Positions 35,340 through 48,229 of a stretch of DNA of 64,000 nucleotides are shown here, piece by piece; the stretch's first letter is position 1, and every line of letters starts with the position of its first letter. Made by a program: the position numbers and the translations under genes. Origin of the DNA: Octopus vulgaris. Its lineage: Eukaryota. The DNA is taken from NCBI GenBank assembly GCA_951406725.2, contig OX597822.1, positions 36,146,001 to 36,210,000 of the forward strand, given 5' to 3'. Under the pieces are notes generated by a model. That model saw nothing but the letters and a program-made list of their open reading frames with translations. It did no database searches and had not been told where the DNA came from.

Positions 35340-36421
35340 ATTTTGATCACTGAGGTTGATATAGTAGACTAACTTCTCCACTCCTAAATATGAGGCCATG
35401 TACCTATAGTAGAAAGCATTTTTATTTATTATTATTATTATTAAAAAGGCAGCGAGCTGGCAGAATCTTTAGCACGTTGGGAGAAATGCATAACCGTATT
35501 TCATCTGCTGTTACATTCTGAGTTCAAATTCCGCCGAGGTCGACTTTGCCTTTCATCCTTTCAGGGTCGATAAATAAAGTACCAGTTACGCACTGGGGTT
35601 GATGTAATCGACTTAATCCCTTTGTCTGTCTTTGTTTGTCCCCTCTATGTTTAGCCCCTTGTGGGTAATAAAGAAATATATATTCGAGTTCAAATTCCAC
35701 CGAGCTTGACTGTGCCTTTCATCCTTTCGGGGTTGATAAATTAAGTACTAGTTGAATACTGGGGGTCGATGTAATCAATTTAAACCCTCCCCTACAAATT
35801 TCAGGCCTTGTGCCTATGGTAGAAATGATTATTATTATTAATATTATTATTATTATGGCAGTGAGCGGGCAGAATCATTAGCGCACTGGACAAAATGCTG
35901 ACAAGCATTTTGTCTGTCTGCACGTTCTGGGTTCAAATTGCCTATCATCTTTTAGGGGTCAATAAAATGAGTACCAGCTGAACACTGTGGTTAATGTAAT
36001 CGACATAGATCCCCCACACACACTACCCCAAAATTTCTGGCCTTGTGCCAAAATTCGAAATCATATTATTACAATTATCATGGCAAAATTGTTAGCACGC
36101 TGGGCAAAATGTTTAGAGGCATTTTGTCCTTCGTTATGTTCTGAGTTCAAATCCTGTCATGGTCAACTTTGCCTTTCATCCTTTCGCGGTTGATGAAATA
36201 AGTACCAGTTGAGTACTGGGGTTAATGCAATGAACTTACAACCTCCCCCTAAATTGCTAGCCTAGTACCAAAATTGAAACCATTATTATTATTATTCTAA
36301 GTTCAAATTCCACTTTGGTCGACTTTGCCTTTCATCCTTTCAGAGTCAATAAATGAAAGTAACAATGTAATTGACTAGTCCCCTCCCCACAAATCTGAGG
36401 CCTTGTGCCTCCAGTAGAAAC

Positions 36422-36469
<48 letters not shown>

Positions 36470-36610
36470 GGCAGTTGCTGTCAGAATCATTAGCACATTG
36501 GACAAAAATGCTTGGTACTTTTTTCTAAGTTTAACTCCCAGCAAAGCTGACTTTGCCACCCCTCTCCTAAAATTGCTGGCCTTGTGCCAAAATCAGAAAG
36601 AATTATATTA
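35340..36610 (+). mobile_element. Head-to-tail chain of about seven family B SINE copies and fragments separated by (ATT)n
   Basis: Repeated heads (35448, 35857, about 36080, 36469) and ggccttgtgcc tails, all on the plus strand. Confidence 0.8.
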
Positions 36611-36995
36611 TTACCATTATCATCTAATTACTTACACAGGAAAGTTAAATAAAGACTTAGACGTAACTTTTTCTTTTGTTGTTTTCTCCTTTATCAAGTA
36701 AATCTTGAATAATTAAAAGCCTGTTTACTCTAACATGAATTCTTTCCATTCCAATACATAAATTACTTCACACAAAACAGTGAGTGGGAGGGAGACACAA
36801 AGAAAGAAAGAGAGATCTCTTTACAGTCTGAATACAGAAACCACGATGTTGATGAATGAGACAAAACCAGAGGCACGCATTGAAGAATAAAGCTCTCCTA
36901 CAAGAGAAGCTCCAGTTTAAAATACCAGATATAGTTCTCAATAACAAATCTAGTTAGAGAAATCAAAAAAGAGGACCACTTTAAATATATAGTCC

Positions 36996-37360
36996 AGGTG
37001 TAGGAGTGGCTGTGTGGTAAGTAGCTTGCTTACCAACCACATGGTTCCGGGTTCAGTCCCACTGCGTGGCACCTTGGGCTGACCAAAGCCTTGTGAGTGA
37101 ATTTGGTAGACGGAAACTGAAAGAAGCCCATCATATATTTATATACATATATCTACATGTCTGTGTTTGTCCCCCCCAACATCACTTGACAACCGATGCT
37201 GGTGTGTTTATGTCCCCGTAACTTAGCAGTTCGGTAAAAGAGACCAATAGAATAAGTACTAGGCTTACAAAGAATAAGTCCTGAGGTTGATTTGCTTGAC
37301 TAAAGGCAGAGCTCCAGCATGGCCAAAGTCACATGACTGAAACAAGTAAAAGAGAGAGTA
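36996..37360 (+). mobile_element. SINE family A with a small deletion in the CORE-like block
   Basis: ccttggg is joined to ctgaccaaagcc; otherwise a full match. Confidence 0.9.
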
Positions 37361-37608
37361 CTTATCTGGAATGCTTTGTTACCATATGGCAGAACTGACG
37401 TTAAACAACAACAAAAACTCACTGTTGCTTTTTAACCTGAGTTTTACAAATGCAGATAAACAACTGCAAGTTCAATGAAAGATTCTCAAACCAACAAGAA
37501 AACTAATTTTTAAACAGTGTATAGGTTTTCCCATTGTATAAAACCTATATGCTAACAAGAAAACCTATATGTAATGATGTGTAAATTATACAGTGTACAG
37601 ATATAAAC

Positions 37609-37916
37609 ATGGAGGCGCAATGGCCCAGTGGTTAGGGCAGTGGACTCACGGTCGGAGGATCGGAGTTTCGATTCCCAAATCGAGTGTTGTGTGTTTATTG
37701 CACGAAAACACCTAAAAAGTTCCATGAGGCTCAAGCAGGAGGAGGGCGACAACCCCTGTTGTACTCTTTTGCCCCAACTTTCTCTCACTCTTTCTTCCTG
37801 TTTCTTGAGTAACGCTGCGATGGACTGGCATCCTGTCCAGCTGGAGGGAACACATACGCCACAGAAACCGGGCCCATGAGCCTGGCTAGGCTTGAAAAGG
37901 GCGCATAAATAAAAAT
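37609..37916 (+). mobile_element. tRNA-headed SINE family E
   Basis: A box TGGCCCAGTGG, B box GTTTCGATTCC; 3' tail shared with family D; TSD agatataaac. Confidence 0.9.
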
Positions 37917-38119
37917 AGATATAAACCCAGAGAGTAACAGTGGTAAAACCATGTTAGCCACATACAGATCTCATAGCTGCTGTATGTGGTTTTCAAGTTA
38001 ATATTTGGGTTCAGTGCTGTTATTCTGAAAACAGCTGCAACCTATTTGATTCTAACCAAGCCAAGACTGCTTTTAGTTCTATGATACAAACCTCTTGTTC
38101 TAAAAGTGATTTAAATTAA

Positions 38120-39011
38120 CCCCTTAATGGATCAATTATTTTGACATGGCATTTCATTTCAGAGCATATTTTTTAATTTCCTTTTTTAATTATATACACT
38201 GTGTTAATTACAGAAAAAAAAAGTTTTTTATCTTGTTTCCTATATTTTTTATTATAGAAATTAAAATGTACTTTTACTCATTTGGATTTAAACGAGTTAA
38301 CTAGGACATTGAAAAAATACATATAACTTAACTATCTTTGATTTTTTATAAGATGTATTGCTTTTAAATCAAAGGGAAATTTTTTGAAAATGAGAGACAG
38401 TTTATTTAGAATGATAATTTTTAAAACAAGGAGTTACACACAAAGTTATCTTGCAAACATGACACATGTACCTGTTTTCTCTTCGAGTTGGACAAGCAAT
38501 TGATTCCGTGCCATGCACATGCATCTATCTGATTATCTTCTTTGTCATCTTATGAAAAATTGTCAGAGCCTGAACTACACATGTCTAATTCATCCACAGA
38601 GCTTTCCAGATTGTGAAATGAAAAATCACTTTCGTGATTGCTGACTATATCTAAATCTTCATCCATTTTGAGAAAACAAATTGCGTAAGTAATTCTCTTA
38701 TTTGTATAAATAATAAAGAATCAAAACGAGATGGTTCTAAAATGACATCAAACTCCTCCTGAATCTGAGTATGCACAAAAGTAAAAGTTCAAAACTTAGA
38801 AGCACAAATTCTTTGAAATGGCACCAGAATATGTGCTGCCAGGCATACAACAATGCAAGTAAATTCGTGATTGTTCAAAAATGAAATGACAGAAAACAAA
38901 TAAACTCGTTTGAGTGCTAAAATTAAAAGTTAATTTTGACCGAGTATACTCATCTGGTTCTAAAAAGATACATTTGCGATGCACGAGTAAACTCTGGATA
39001 ATCCATTAAGG
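38120..39011. mobile_element. About 890-bp piggyBac-like non-autonomous element nested in a MITE
   Basis: TTAA|CCCCTTAATGGAT at left and ATCCATTAAGG at right (right TTAA lost); host MITE sequence continues on both sides. Confidence 0.6.
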
Positions 39012-39715
39012 ATCATCAAAATTTCACAAAAATTTATGTTCAAAACACCAACTTAATAATTGACCCTTTAGCATTAAAACTGGCCATATCTGGCCAAAAT
39101 ATTCTGCTTGTTTTATTCTCAAACCAACTCAGCTGGTAAAACTGAATAATCCTACAATGGACCAGCATCCCCATCCAGGTGGGGAATATATACGCCAGAA
39201 AAACCAGGAAACCAGTCCTATGCTCCATGCAGAGTAATGACAACGCACTTATTCTATCAGCCACTTTTTGCTTAACTATTATGTTATGGAGACATAAACA
39301 AACCAACACCAGTTGTCAAGCAGAAGCAAACCCAAGAATGCTCGCACATGCATGCAGCTTATTTGTCCTGGGTCTAACTTGAATGAAATGTGAGCATGCC
39401 ACTAAGCATACAGATATTTAATGAGTATATGAATACATTATTAAATAGCCACTGACCCCCTGACCCCCTCCCACACACACACACACTGCTCTTAGTTCAT
39501 CTGCTTAATATAAGTGGTCTTGTATCTCATCCAGCAGGATACCCAAACCCCCCAATTCTTCACCAAGCAAGATTGGGGAGGATGTTAGTTTTGTTGTCAA
39601 TGACCTAACCATGCAACAGGTTGTACTGGGTTACATATTACCAGAAGCCCTCTCAAGCAACCTGATATAAATATAATTATATATTACACACACATAGATT
39701 ATTTTTTATATATAT

Positions 39716-39794
<79 letters not shown>

Positions 39795-40577
39795 CACACA
39801 CACATTTATATACATATGCATATACACAAACACGTACACACATACAACATACAAATCCACTCGACACTGCACACATGCACAAACACAAACTAAGAAGCAC
39901 TACAAACAATACAAAGTACTTCAAATACAAGAAAAAAACACAAAAAAAAACAATAACAATGCAGACACCCAAGACACCAGCTGCATTCAGTTGTGCAGTA
40001 AAAGCATGCAATAAAATATACAAGCACTCAAATAATAAGATTATGACTAATTTTACTGTAAAAGCCTACAATACAAACAAGGCCTGGAGGTGAGAATATG
40101 CAGACATTATTGAGAGGAATTAGACTTAACTAAATCCTACAAAATAATATGATTTCAAATTTTGGCACAAGGCCAGCAATTTCAGCAGAGGGGTAAATCA
40201 ATTACATCAACCTCAGTGCTCAACTGGTACTTATTTTATCAACCCCAAAGAGATGAAAAGCAAAGCTATCCTCAGTGGAAATTGAACCTGGAACATAAAG
40301 AAAAACAAAATGCCACTGTGCTAACAAAATAATAATAATGATAATCCTTTCTGCTATAGGCACAAGGCCTGAAATTTTGAGGGAGGGGACTAGTTGATTA
40401 CATCGACCCCTAGTGCTTGACTTATTTCATTGAGCCTAAAAGGATGAAAGACAAAGTCAACTTTGGTAAAATTTGAACTCAGAATGTAAAGACATGAAAT
40501 ACTGCTAAATTAGGTACAAGGCTAGCAATTTTGAAAGGAGTTCATGAGTTCATAGCACTGACACTAGTACTTAATGT

Positions 40578-40865
40578 GAAGGCGCATGGCTCAGTGGTTA
40601 GATCGTAGAGCTTATGAGTTCGATTCCCGGACCGGGCTGTGTGTTCTGTTCTTGAGAAAGACACTATTTCACATTGCGGCATCAATGGTGCTAAGCTGTA
40701 TCAGCCTTTGCCTTTCCCTTGGAAAGCATCAGTGGTGTGGAGAGGAGAGGCTGGTATGCAGGGCAACTGCTAGCCTTCCACAAACAATCTTGCCCTGACT
40801 TGTGCCTGGGAGGGTAACTTTCTAAGTGCAATCCAATGGTCATTCATGACCGAAGGGGGTCTCCT
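40578..40865 (+). mobile_element. tRNA-headed SINE, distinct family
   Basis: A box TGGCTCAGTGG, B box GAGTTCGATTCC, ttcttgagaaagacactatttcac block, different 3' half. Confidence 0.7.
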
Positions 40866-41765
40866 TCCCCTCCAGTACTCAACTGGTACTTTATTTTATT
40901 AAGCCCAAAGAAATAAAAACCAAGGATGACCTCAACAGGATATGAACTCAAGAACTAAAAGAAATACCACAAGGAATGTCTGACTCTCTAAAGGTTTTGC
41001 CAATCCACTGAGATGATGATAAAATTTATTTCTAATGTATGTACAAGACCCAGAGACTTTGGTTATGTATTTGTAGGAATGTTTTTTTTTTGTTTGCTTT
41101 ATATCATTCCCAAGGCACTTATTAACATAGATATGATTTCTGTTCTCAGTCCCTAGATTCAGGTTATCTCTATTTTCAGACTTTAACATTTGGATAATTG
41201 CTCCATTTTTCATAGCCTGTTGGGCTAATAATATTTTGCTGAAAGGGAACTCTTTATGAGTTCTTAACAATATGCTACCAATTAGCCTTGATTTGTATAT
41301 TTTCAGAGCATGGTTACCAGTCAATCTGTTGTTCTTTGACAACCTTGGTATATATTTACACCCCGACTTCTCAGTTAAAATTTCTATTATTTGGAAGATA
41401 AAATATATATTGCAATATTTAGTCATGGTTTTTTTATATATTCTGAGTTCAAATCCTGTTACGGTCAACCTTGCCTCTCATTCTCACAGGATAAATATTA
41501 TACACACGTAAAAAGCACCAACCGATTGTAGCCATTTCCAGCCTCCTCTGGCCCCTATGCCAGTGGCACGTAAAAAGCACCCACTATACTCATGGAGTGG
41601 TTGGCGTTAGGAAGGGCATCCAGCTGTAGAAACACTGCCAGATCAGACTAGAGCCTGGTGCGGCCTCCTGGCTTACCAAACCCCGTTCGAACCGTCCGAC
41701 CCATGCTAAAATGGAAAATTGACGTTAAACGATGATGATACATACAAATATGTGTGTACATATAT

Positions 41766-41809
<44 letters not shown>

Positions 41810-42533
41810 GTATATATACACATATACATGTATATATATGTATATTTATGTATGTATATATTTCATTCTATCTTTTCATCTCTCCACTTTCTGTTTCTAG
41901 TCCTACAAGACATCATTTTCCATTACGTATACACGTCTTGTCCTCTCCCTGTCTCGAAGCTGTGTGGCCTTGATTTTGTTTGTATTTTTATATTCACACG
42001 CCCTACCTGTGCTTTGTTCATTTTGGTCACTGTCTTCCACATTTGCTCATTATACACACCAATGTTTTACTGTCGACACCACCCAAAATGAACAAAGCTA
42101 TGGTAAAAAGTGTGAAATTGTAATGATTTTTTGGACAATAACTAACAGGGAAAGAGCATGCACATGAATGGTGTGTGTGTGAATTTTCTGTTTGTTCCTT
42201 TGTTGTGCTTCTGTTCAATTTTTGAAACTTTATATATATATATATATATATATCATCATCATTTAATGTCCACTTTCCTTGCTGGCATGGGTTGGACAGT
42301 TTGACAGGAGCTGGTTAGGCAGAAGACTGCACCAGGCTTCAGTGTCTGCTTTGGCACAGTTTTTATGGCTGGATGCATTTCCTAAGAGAAGGTTGACTGA
42401 CTGCATGTATGTATGTAAATACATAAGGAAAATTACTAACTTGAACCCGGACATACATATGTGCCACTTCGGATCTTAATGTAAGCATTATTAATAATAT
42501 TATGAATGATAATAATGATAACATTAATTGTAT

Positions 42534-42709
42534 TGACAATGATAATGATGCTAACTTTAATGACACTTTGGAAATTAGTAGGAAGTAATATAATGTACTA
42601 TTGACTATGTATATTTGCATCTGACAACGATAATGATGCTAACTTTAATGACACTTTGGAAATTAGTAGGAAGTAATATAATGTACTATTGACTGTGTAT
42701 ATTTGCATC
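42534..42709. repeat. 88-bp tandem duplication (2 mismatches)
   Basis: 42534-42621 versus 42622-42709. Confidence 0.9.
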
Positions 42710-42878
42710 TAGGTACTAATATGTGTATGTTTATTATCACAATATTAAGTTGAAGAACTGAAACATTGAATGTGGAACGTATATATGTTTACTAATTTAT
42801 ATTATTTATTTACATTATTATGTATATGTATATTTTTATATGTATAGTAGTGTGAGTATATGCACTCATATGTATATG

Positions 42879-43011
42879 TATATCTCCGAGGAGGCCTTAT
42901 GATATTTTTTTAATAGTCTCATTTATATCTATATATTGACCTACCATAAAAGGCCAATATTGGTAAAATGAGACATACTTATCTACATGGCCGAAACAGC
43001 TGTAAGATGTA
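42879..43011 (+). ncRNA. Type I hammerhead motif with long stem II insertion (U4C variant), Penelope-LTR-like context
   Basis: Stem I TATATCT/AGATGTA; core CCGAGGA; stem II GGCC/GGCC enclosing 92 nt with an inner helix GTCTCATTT/AAATGAGAC; GAAA; palindromic stem III CAGCTG; triplet GTA (cleavage after 43004); AATAAA about 180 nt downstream. Confidence 0.7.
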
Positions 43012-43394
43012 ATCTATACTTATATTTATATTTACTTATATGTATATTCTCTTTTTTATATATATTCTACTTATTATACAACATCACTCTTTTATGTACA
43101 CTTTTTTATGTACATTCCTTTATGTACACTGATTTGTTTTGCTTTTTTATGTTTAACCTGACAGTCTCTTATGTGGTGGTTTAATAAAGTATGTGATTGA
43201 GTATTATCTGGTAATTGATATTTGATTTAGATGTATTTTTCCATTTTCTTATCTTGTATATATAATATATACACACACACACATATATATATACATATAA
43301 ATACACACACATATATATATGTGTGTATGTATATGTATATATATATATATAAACACACACATGTACATATATATACACACAGAAATAGACAGAT

Positions 43395-43438
<44 letters not shown>

Positions 43439-43850
43439 CACATAAAGTATAAGTTAAGTGATGAGGTCAATGTAATCAACTAACCCTGTCCCTCAAAATC
43501 CTAGCATGAGTTCAGGACACAATGTGTTACGTAGTCCAGAAATCAAACCTCTGACTTCACTTTCATGAGCCTAACACTCTAACCACAAGGCCTCTTGCCT
43601 TAACACATGAATGAAATAGTTTTAAATTGGAACCAATTCTTAAGGAAATGCTTTATATAGAACAGAAGCTCTAGGAATGTTTCCACTGGTTCCTGAAATA
43701 TTTTCTTCTTCCCCTTTTCTTACTCATTGATTCATGCACGCATGTATTTGTGCGTGCGTGTGTCCCCCACTTCAATGCCATTTACAGCAATATAGAGGAT
43801 TGACGGATCAGCACTTGTTCTTATTTCATTCTATTTAGAATACTATTTAA

Positions 43851-44293
43851 CCCTTTCGTTACTGTATTTATTTTGAGATGCTCTGTGTTTCTTCCAATAA
43901 TTTTAAATAACATTGTTATCATTAAGCTAGTGTTAGGAACATAAATTGTGACTTAGATTTGGTGGAAGATTTGAATTCAAAACTTAATGGAAACAAGACA
44001 TTTATACTAAAGAGCCAGAGCTGGTTTCAGCCGGGTTGGTAACGAAAGAGTTAATATTTTCTTACTGACTTAACCCTTTCGTTACTGTATTTATTTTGAG
44101 ATGCTCTGTGTTTCTTTCAATTATTTTAAACATAAAAAAGAATTTAGTAAAATAACTTCGTTATCATTAAGCTAGTGTTAGGAACGTAAATTGTGACTAA
44201 GGTTTGGTGGAATATTTTAATTCAAAACTTACGAAAACAAGACATTTTACCACAGAGCCAGAGCCGGTTTTGGCCGGGTTAGTAACAAAAGGG
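43851..44293. mobile_element. Two adjacent piggyBac-type MITEs (43851-44050 and 44074-44293)
   Basis: Each has TTAA flanks and CCCTTTCGTTAC-type TIRs; same orientation. Confidence 0.9.
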
Positions 44294-44810
44294 TTAAGTG
44301 TAGTCACTGGACTATAGCAATTCTGAGGCACTGCCACGAAGGATTCAATAAATGAAATCAACTCAAAAATTTTTAATGATTGTTACTAGGAAATCAATCT
44401 CTTTTTGCTGAACCATGTAGGGTTAGGGTTAGGGTATATGTAAACAAATCAACACAGACATCAAGCAGTGCGAGACCCAGAAGAAGACATGATTACAGAG
44501 CAAATTTTTTAATGACACAGCCATGCTTGCACATTTATGAGAATGATGATAGTTTGGTATTTTGGCGCAGGGCCAGCAGTTTTTGAGGAGAGGGAGAAGT
44601 AGAGTACATCAACCCCAGTATTTTTCTAACAATTATTTTATCAATCCCAAACGGATGAAAGGCAAAGTCACCCTTGATGGAATTTGAGTCTAGAATGTCA
44701 AAACAGACAAAATGCTGCTAAGCATTTTGTCTAATGTGCTAACAGTTCTGCCAGCTCACCCACTTAATAATAATCTAACAGTAAGAAGTAATATAAATAT
44801 CATCATCATA

Positions 44811-44987
44811 GGCACAGGAGTGGCTGTGTGGTAAGTAGCTTGCTAACCAACCACATGGTTCCAGGTTCAGTCCCACTGCGTGGCATCTTGGGCAAGTGTC
44901 TTCTGCTATAGCCCCGGGCCAACCAATGCCTTGTGAATGGATTTGGTAGACGGAAACTGAAAGAAGCCTGTCGTATATATGTATATA

Positions 44988-45023
<36 letters not shown>

Positions 45024-45225
45024 TGTGTCTGTGTTTGTCCCCCTAGCATTGCTTGACAACCGATGCTGGGGTGTTTATGTCCCCGTCACTTAGCGGTTCG
45101 GCAATAAGAGACTGATAGAATAAGTACTGGGCTTACAAAAAGAATAAGTCCCGGGGTCGAGTTGCTCGATTAAAGGCAATGCTCCAGCATGGCCGCAGTC
45201 AAATGACTGAAACAAGTAAAAGAGT
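44811..45225 (+). mobile_element. SINE family A with expanded (TG)n
   Basis: Full match to family A. Confidence 0.9.
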
Positions 45226-45780
45226 ATCATCATATATTTGATGGTCCTACAGGATCTGATAAGTTAGAGGACCACACTGTGCTCCATTGTCTCAGCTTTT
45301 GGCATGGTTTCTATGGCTGGAAGATCTTCCTAATAACCAATTACTTTAATCCTTTACCATTTAAACTGGTCATTTTGTCTGTCTTGACATTTATCTAGTC
45401 CAAATACTCTACCAGTTTTATGTCTGAACCATCTACATCCAGGCCTTTCACACCTACCCTATAATGTAATCCTAAAAATAAACAACTGTACAACCATACC
45501 AAAATCTCAAAGCTAGAAGATAAAGCATGATTCATTCTAAACAATATGAATGAATAAGCATTACAATTGACAGAGTGGTCTGAATACTATAAAGGGATGC
45601 AGTGTGTAGTGGGTGCCTTTTTTTCTTGGCAGCAGCACTAACAAGGTCATCTGGCAACTTGCAAAATTAAAGAGCCTAAAGAGGTCCCCCAACTGAAAAG
45701 AGAATAACATAGAGTGAGAGAGAAAATGATTTTAGATAAGGTAACATGAGAGGGTAGAGTATAAAAGGAAATGATTTATT

Positions 45781-45817
<37 letters not shown>

Positions 45818-46114
45818 AAGAGTGAAGAGAGTAACTAAATGGAAAAATAGAAGAAAAAATACTGCATTAGAAGAAATGAATTATCAGCAACTATTTATTC
45901 CTTAACTGGCTACCAATTATGTTTTCTCAGTCTGAAGTGCTGCTACAGTATGTGACTTCAAGAAGGAAACAAAGACTGCATTACAGGAAATACCTATAAT
46001 AAAGATACATATTTCAAAAGGGGAAATACTTTACGCACACAGAAAATTCAAAATAGATCTCATGATCGCAAAGCACACTTCTTAACTATTTCAACCATGT
46101 AACATTCTCTTTAT

Positions 46115-46380
46115 GTGGAGGCGCATGGCTTAGTGGTTAAGGTGTCAGCATCATGATCGTAAGATTGTGGTTTCGATTCCTGGACTGGGTGACACATTGT
46201 GTTCTTGAGCAAAACACTTCATTTCACATTGCTCCACTCCACTCAGCTGGCAAAAATGAGTAATGCTGCGATGGACTGGCACCCCATCCAGCTGGGAAAC
46301 ACATACACCATAGAAACCAAGAAACCAGGCCCATGAGCCTGGCTAGGCTTTAAAAGGGCACATTTATTTATTATTTTATT
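46115..46380 (+). mobile_element. SINE family D
   Basis: Close match to 32741-33001; 13-bp TSD acattctctttat. Confidence 0.9.
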
Positions 46381-47128
46381 ACATTCTCTTTATACCAATC
46401 TATCTATCCACACACACACACACACAGACACAAGTCTTTGAGAGATGTTAAAATTACAGTGGTTGATAATACTAGTGAGGTGATTTGAGCAAACATGGAT
46501 GTAATGCAAAGATTCATTTGGTTTAACACTTGATCTTTCAAAGAACTCTTTCAACTTCTCCTTCTATAAATCTTAGCATTACATCCATGTTCATTCAAAT
46601 CCTCCGAGTACCATTATCAACCACTTTATTCCTAACATCTCTCAAAGACTTTCATACCTTTCACCAAACAGACAAATCTTTACAGAAGATACTATATATT
46701 TTAAAGTTTCACTTCAGCATAATGATATTAATAACCTGGTGTTAGAAATCAATAAACATAAGCTTCAGAATAAGGCACTAGTTGAATACAGAGTGTAATA
46801 TGAAATTGAATGAGAAAGGGTCAAACCCTCCAACTCATGCCAACAAAGAGAGCAACGGAATAAATACCAGACCTAAAATAAGTACTGGAATCAATTTGAC
46901 CACTTAAATCCTCTAAGGTGGTGCCCCAGCATGGCCATAATCCAATGACTGAAACCAGTAAAAAAGTGTGTGTGTGTGTGTGTGTATACATATACAACAG
47001 AATAAAAAATAAAAACAGATTTAATATAGCTTATTTCTCCTTTTTTGAGATCAGCGACAAACTGTCGCTGGAAAAAGCATATAGTACGTTGAGAGTGGAA
47101 TGAGTTTCCATCACTAGCTGGTGATTAT

Positions 47129-47173
47129 CACACACTGAAGACAGGTAAGTACTCAGAAACCCGGGTCTGTGTG
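47129..47173 (+). ncRNA. Type I hammerhead ribozyme motif with canonical core
   Basis: Stem I CACACA/TGTGTG; CTGAAGA; weak stem II; GAAA; palindromic stem III CCCGGG; triplet GTC (cleavage after 47167). Stem I extends to 47105-47198. Confidence 0.75.
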
Positions 47174-48012
47174 TATCACATAAGGCTAGAGATGGGAGTG
47201 ATGACCTCCCCTTGCAAATACTAATCAGACACAGACAGTGTGTTGTTAGCCAGCTGGAGGAGATGTCTACCTGGTGTTAAAAACAACAGTAACATTGTCC
47301 TCTATGGAACTGCCACATTTAGTTAGCAAAATATATTTTACAAAAATATATTTTCTTAAAAATAATTCTAATAAGAATTATTTTCTTGAAAATAATTCTA
47401 ATAAATAAAAGAAAAAAAGGATTAAGTGAATATTAAATCTGAATAAATCAGTTTTAGATTAAGACTTTATAAAACAAACAAATTTAAAACAAAATTAACA
47501 GAGCCACATCTTTTCCTCATCAAGAATATCTCATCCCCACTCCATCAACCTGCTCGTCAATTTTCTTTTTTTTTTTTAAATCCACTATGATTAAATGGGA
47601 TTACAATATATAGTCTGAAGATTTGTTAAGTATTGATAAGACATAATAATTAAAGCCATGTTGGTTAAAACCAACCGATAGAGAGAAATCTTTGTATGAT
47701 ATGAAAAACAAAACCAAAAAAAAGTTAAGAAGCAAGAGAACAGAGCAGAACAGCAAGAGAAAATTCCATTTAATGGTAAGTGATTCTTGAAGCTGATGAA
47801 AAGTCTCTCCACAGAAACATGATACACAGCTCTTCATATCTATTCAATAAAAGGATCCTGACATTTACTATACTATTTCACTTCCCTGATACAGCATGTT
47901 TCTGAAGGAGGGTTGAATGGTATAATATTTTCTCATGTCATTAACTAACTCTTTTTTTTTTTTTTTTTACTTCATCATCCTTTTGATTTTATGATACAAA
48001 CTTCCTGTTTAA

Positions 48013-48229
48013 CCCGTTAGCATTTGAACCAGCCATATCCAACCCAAATAATTAATCTGTTCTATGTTCAAACCAGCTGGATCTGGCTTCTCACACCAAC
48101 CTTACAATGTGATTCTAAAAAGAAAGAAACTGGTCATCAAAATATCAAAGCTACGTGATAATGCATGATTAATTAAAAACAGTCTAAATAAGCCTTGCAT
48201 TTTTTCAGAGTAACCAGAAAGCTAAAAGG
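48013..48229. mobile_element. piggyBac-type MITE (CCCTTTAGCATT family) nested in another MITE
   Basis: TTAA|CCCGTTAGCATT ... GCTAAAAGG|TTGA; relatives at about 39063, 45350-45596 and 53920-54126. Confidence 0.7.

Noticed and set aside
40932-41468. 178-aa minus-strand ORF
   Set aside because: Non-ATG start inside a SINE remnant, ends in another repeat, no motif or splice support; probably a chance ORF.
42534-42709. Possible CRISPR-like array
   Set aside because: A simple two-copy tandem duplication without spacers, in a eukaryotic context.
47790-47832. CTGATGA...GAAACATG motif
   Set aside because: No stem II pairing and no correctly placed UH cleavage site.
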